A stretch of 63,935 nucleotides of DNA, counting the filler, from Octopus bimaculoides (Eukaryota): assembly GCF_001194135.2 (NCBI RefSeq). It is 4 parts of 3 records of this genome, joined end to end, with 100 filler letters (N's around TTAATTAATTAA, not from the genome) between each part and the next. Parts side by side here need not be neighbours in the genome. Positions count along the whole stretch, not along the records: positions 61,393 to 63,935 come from NC_068991.1; 3 more parts are not named here. One strand, given 5' to 3'. Position numbers and translations under genes: made by a program. This document shows, one piece after another, positions 62,171 to 63,935 of the stretch. The stretch's first letter is position 1, and every line of letters begins with the position of its first letter. The notes below the pieces were generated by a model that saw nothing but the letters and a program-made list of their open reading frames with translations, ran no database searches and had not been told where the DNA came from.

Positions 62171-63935
62171 TTAATTAAATCTCTGTCTATGTCTATGTAC
62201 CAAGTTGTTTTTCTAACGTGGAAAAAATTTTCAAGCATGTATCCATACGTACATGTATATGTTTAGACACACACATCCACATGCACACACACGCACATAC
62301 ACACACATTTATGTATTTATATACATATGTATGTAGATATAGACATGTAACCTAGTTTTTCTCGGGTGTTTCATTAGAAAGAAAAACCGTATTAAACGAA
62401 TCAACGATAAATGAAAATTAGAAAATACATGGTGAAATATACGTTTTGTGTCGGGGTCACAAGTTATCCCCTTCATTTACACAAATCACACCTCCCAAAC
62501 GTTGTTTCATGGTTTGAAATAACAATTAGTGCAAAATTTAAAATCTTATGATCAATAAATGATTAAGAAATAACTGAAAAATAAAAGAATAACTAAAGAT
62601 ATCATCGCTGATGCATATTATCACAGATTAATCCGTGATAAACGTAACATGCGTCATAACTGCACGTACTATATTTATGCATTTCAAAGATACAGAGAGT
62701 GACATTATTTTTAAGTCGTTATTTGCAATTTGCTAATAATATGCATGAACAATTAAACAGCAAAGCTAAAGTTAATTCTTTCCTGGTTATTAAATAGACG
62801 AGTCAGATATCTCAATTATTGCTAAACTAATATCATATTAGGGCTTCCGTTTGGATTGCATCAGAGATTCTAAACCGGGATTCATATGACCTTTTGGGAG
62901 TCCACATGTAATTATGTTATAAAACTGTATGTGCAATAAACTGGTTACACTTCTACAATAGACCAAATATTTTTTTGGTAAAAATTCTTGATAATATTTA
63001 ATTAGGAAAATATAGAATATGATTTTTTGAATATTCAAAGGCTATGAGGGGCCAGTTAAGTAAAATTGGAATCAAAGGAATTCTATAGGCAAAAAATGGT
63101 TAATAAACTCTGAGTTACATCTAAGATCATGACTTTTAAAGAGAAATTCTAGCAACGACGTACAGAGGACTGCGAACGGCCGTAATAAAACGTTGCGCTA
63201 ACAATAGCGACATAGTGATATATTTCTCATGCTTCAATAGATGCTACACCGAGTACATTCCAAATTCAAGCCATTTTCTTTGGCAATCGTCTTGGCAATT
63301 TCGGGAAGTTCTATGATCATTTGTGTTATTTTTTTTCAGTCATTAGCCTGCTTCCATCCTGGGGCACAAGCTTGGATGGTTTAGTCTTAACCAATTGGCT
63401 CCAGTAATTAGTTTATATTTTAAAATCTGGTATTTTATTTATCAATCTCTTTTGACGATATGCTAGTTAACGTTAACAGACAACTGTTGTAAAGCTCAAT
63501 GTTTAGCGGCAGCACAGGCAGAAATACTACAATGCATGTATGTATGTATGTATGTATGTATGTATGTATGTATGCATGTATGTATGTATGTATGTATGTA
63601 TGTATGTATGTATGTATGCGTGTATGAATGCATGTATGTATGAATGGATGGATAGATAGATGTACGTATGTATTTATGCATGTATGTATGCATGAGTGTG
63701 TATATTTTTATACACACGCACATATGTGTCCATGTTTTGTTTGATATGTATATTTGCAGCTATAGATACATAAACACACAAACACACACACACACACACA
63801 CAAACAAGCATATATACGGCGTAAATATCCATGCACCATACAATTATACACACATAAAAGAATATATGTATTCATGTACGAATGCATATATAATGTACAT
63901 TTATACATATATATATATATATACATACATATATA

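Overview
Repeat-saturated, AT-rich eukaryotic DNA with many N gaps; not prokaryotic (no operons, CRISPR, rRNA or intact long CDS). The SINE repertoire and microsatellite load look like an octopus (coleoid cephalopod) genome, which is an inference from recalled repeat families. Three identical artificial linkers (44N-TTAATTAATTAA-44N) split the window into four joined pieces. Most ORF-track entries are microsatellite or gap artefacts. Real coding remnants are all decayed mobile elements: a gag-like LINE ORF1, two Penelope-like (PLE) RT/GIY-YIG remnants, a CR1/L2-type RT, an RTE 3' end, an R4-type restriction-like endonuclease, and weak mariner and Gypsy traces. The most interesting signals are: (i) minimal hammerhead-ribozyme motifs in four different repeat contexts, including a tRNA-headed SINE; (ii) a ~3.2-kb inverted-repeat composite around a Penelope RT fragment; (iii) a LINE whose 3' end matches the tail of the most abundant SINE; (iv) a minisatellite derived from a SINE A-box; (v) a possible chain of small minus-strand exons of an unidentified host gene. 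Repeat boundaries were read by eye and are approximate unless a TSD, TIR or splice site is quoted. Family letters A-F are my own labels.
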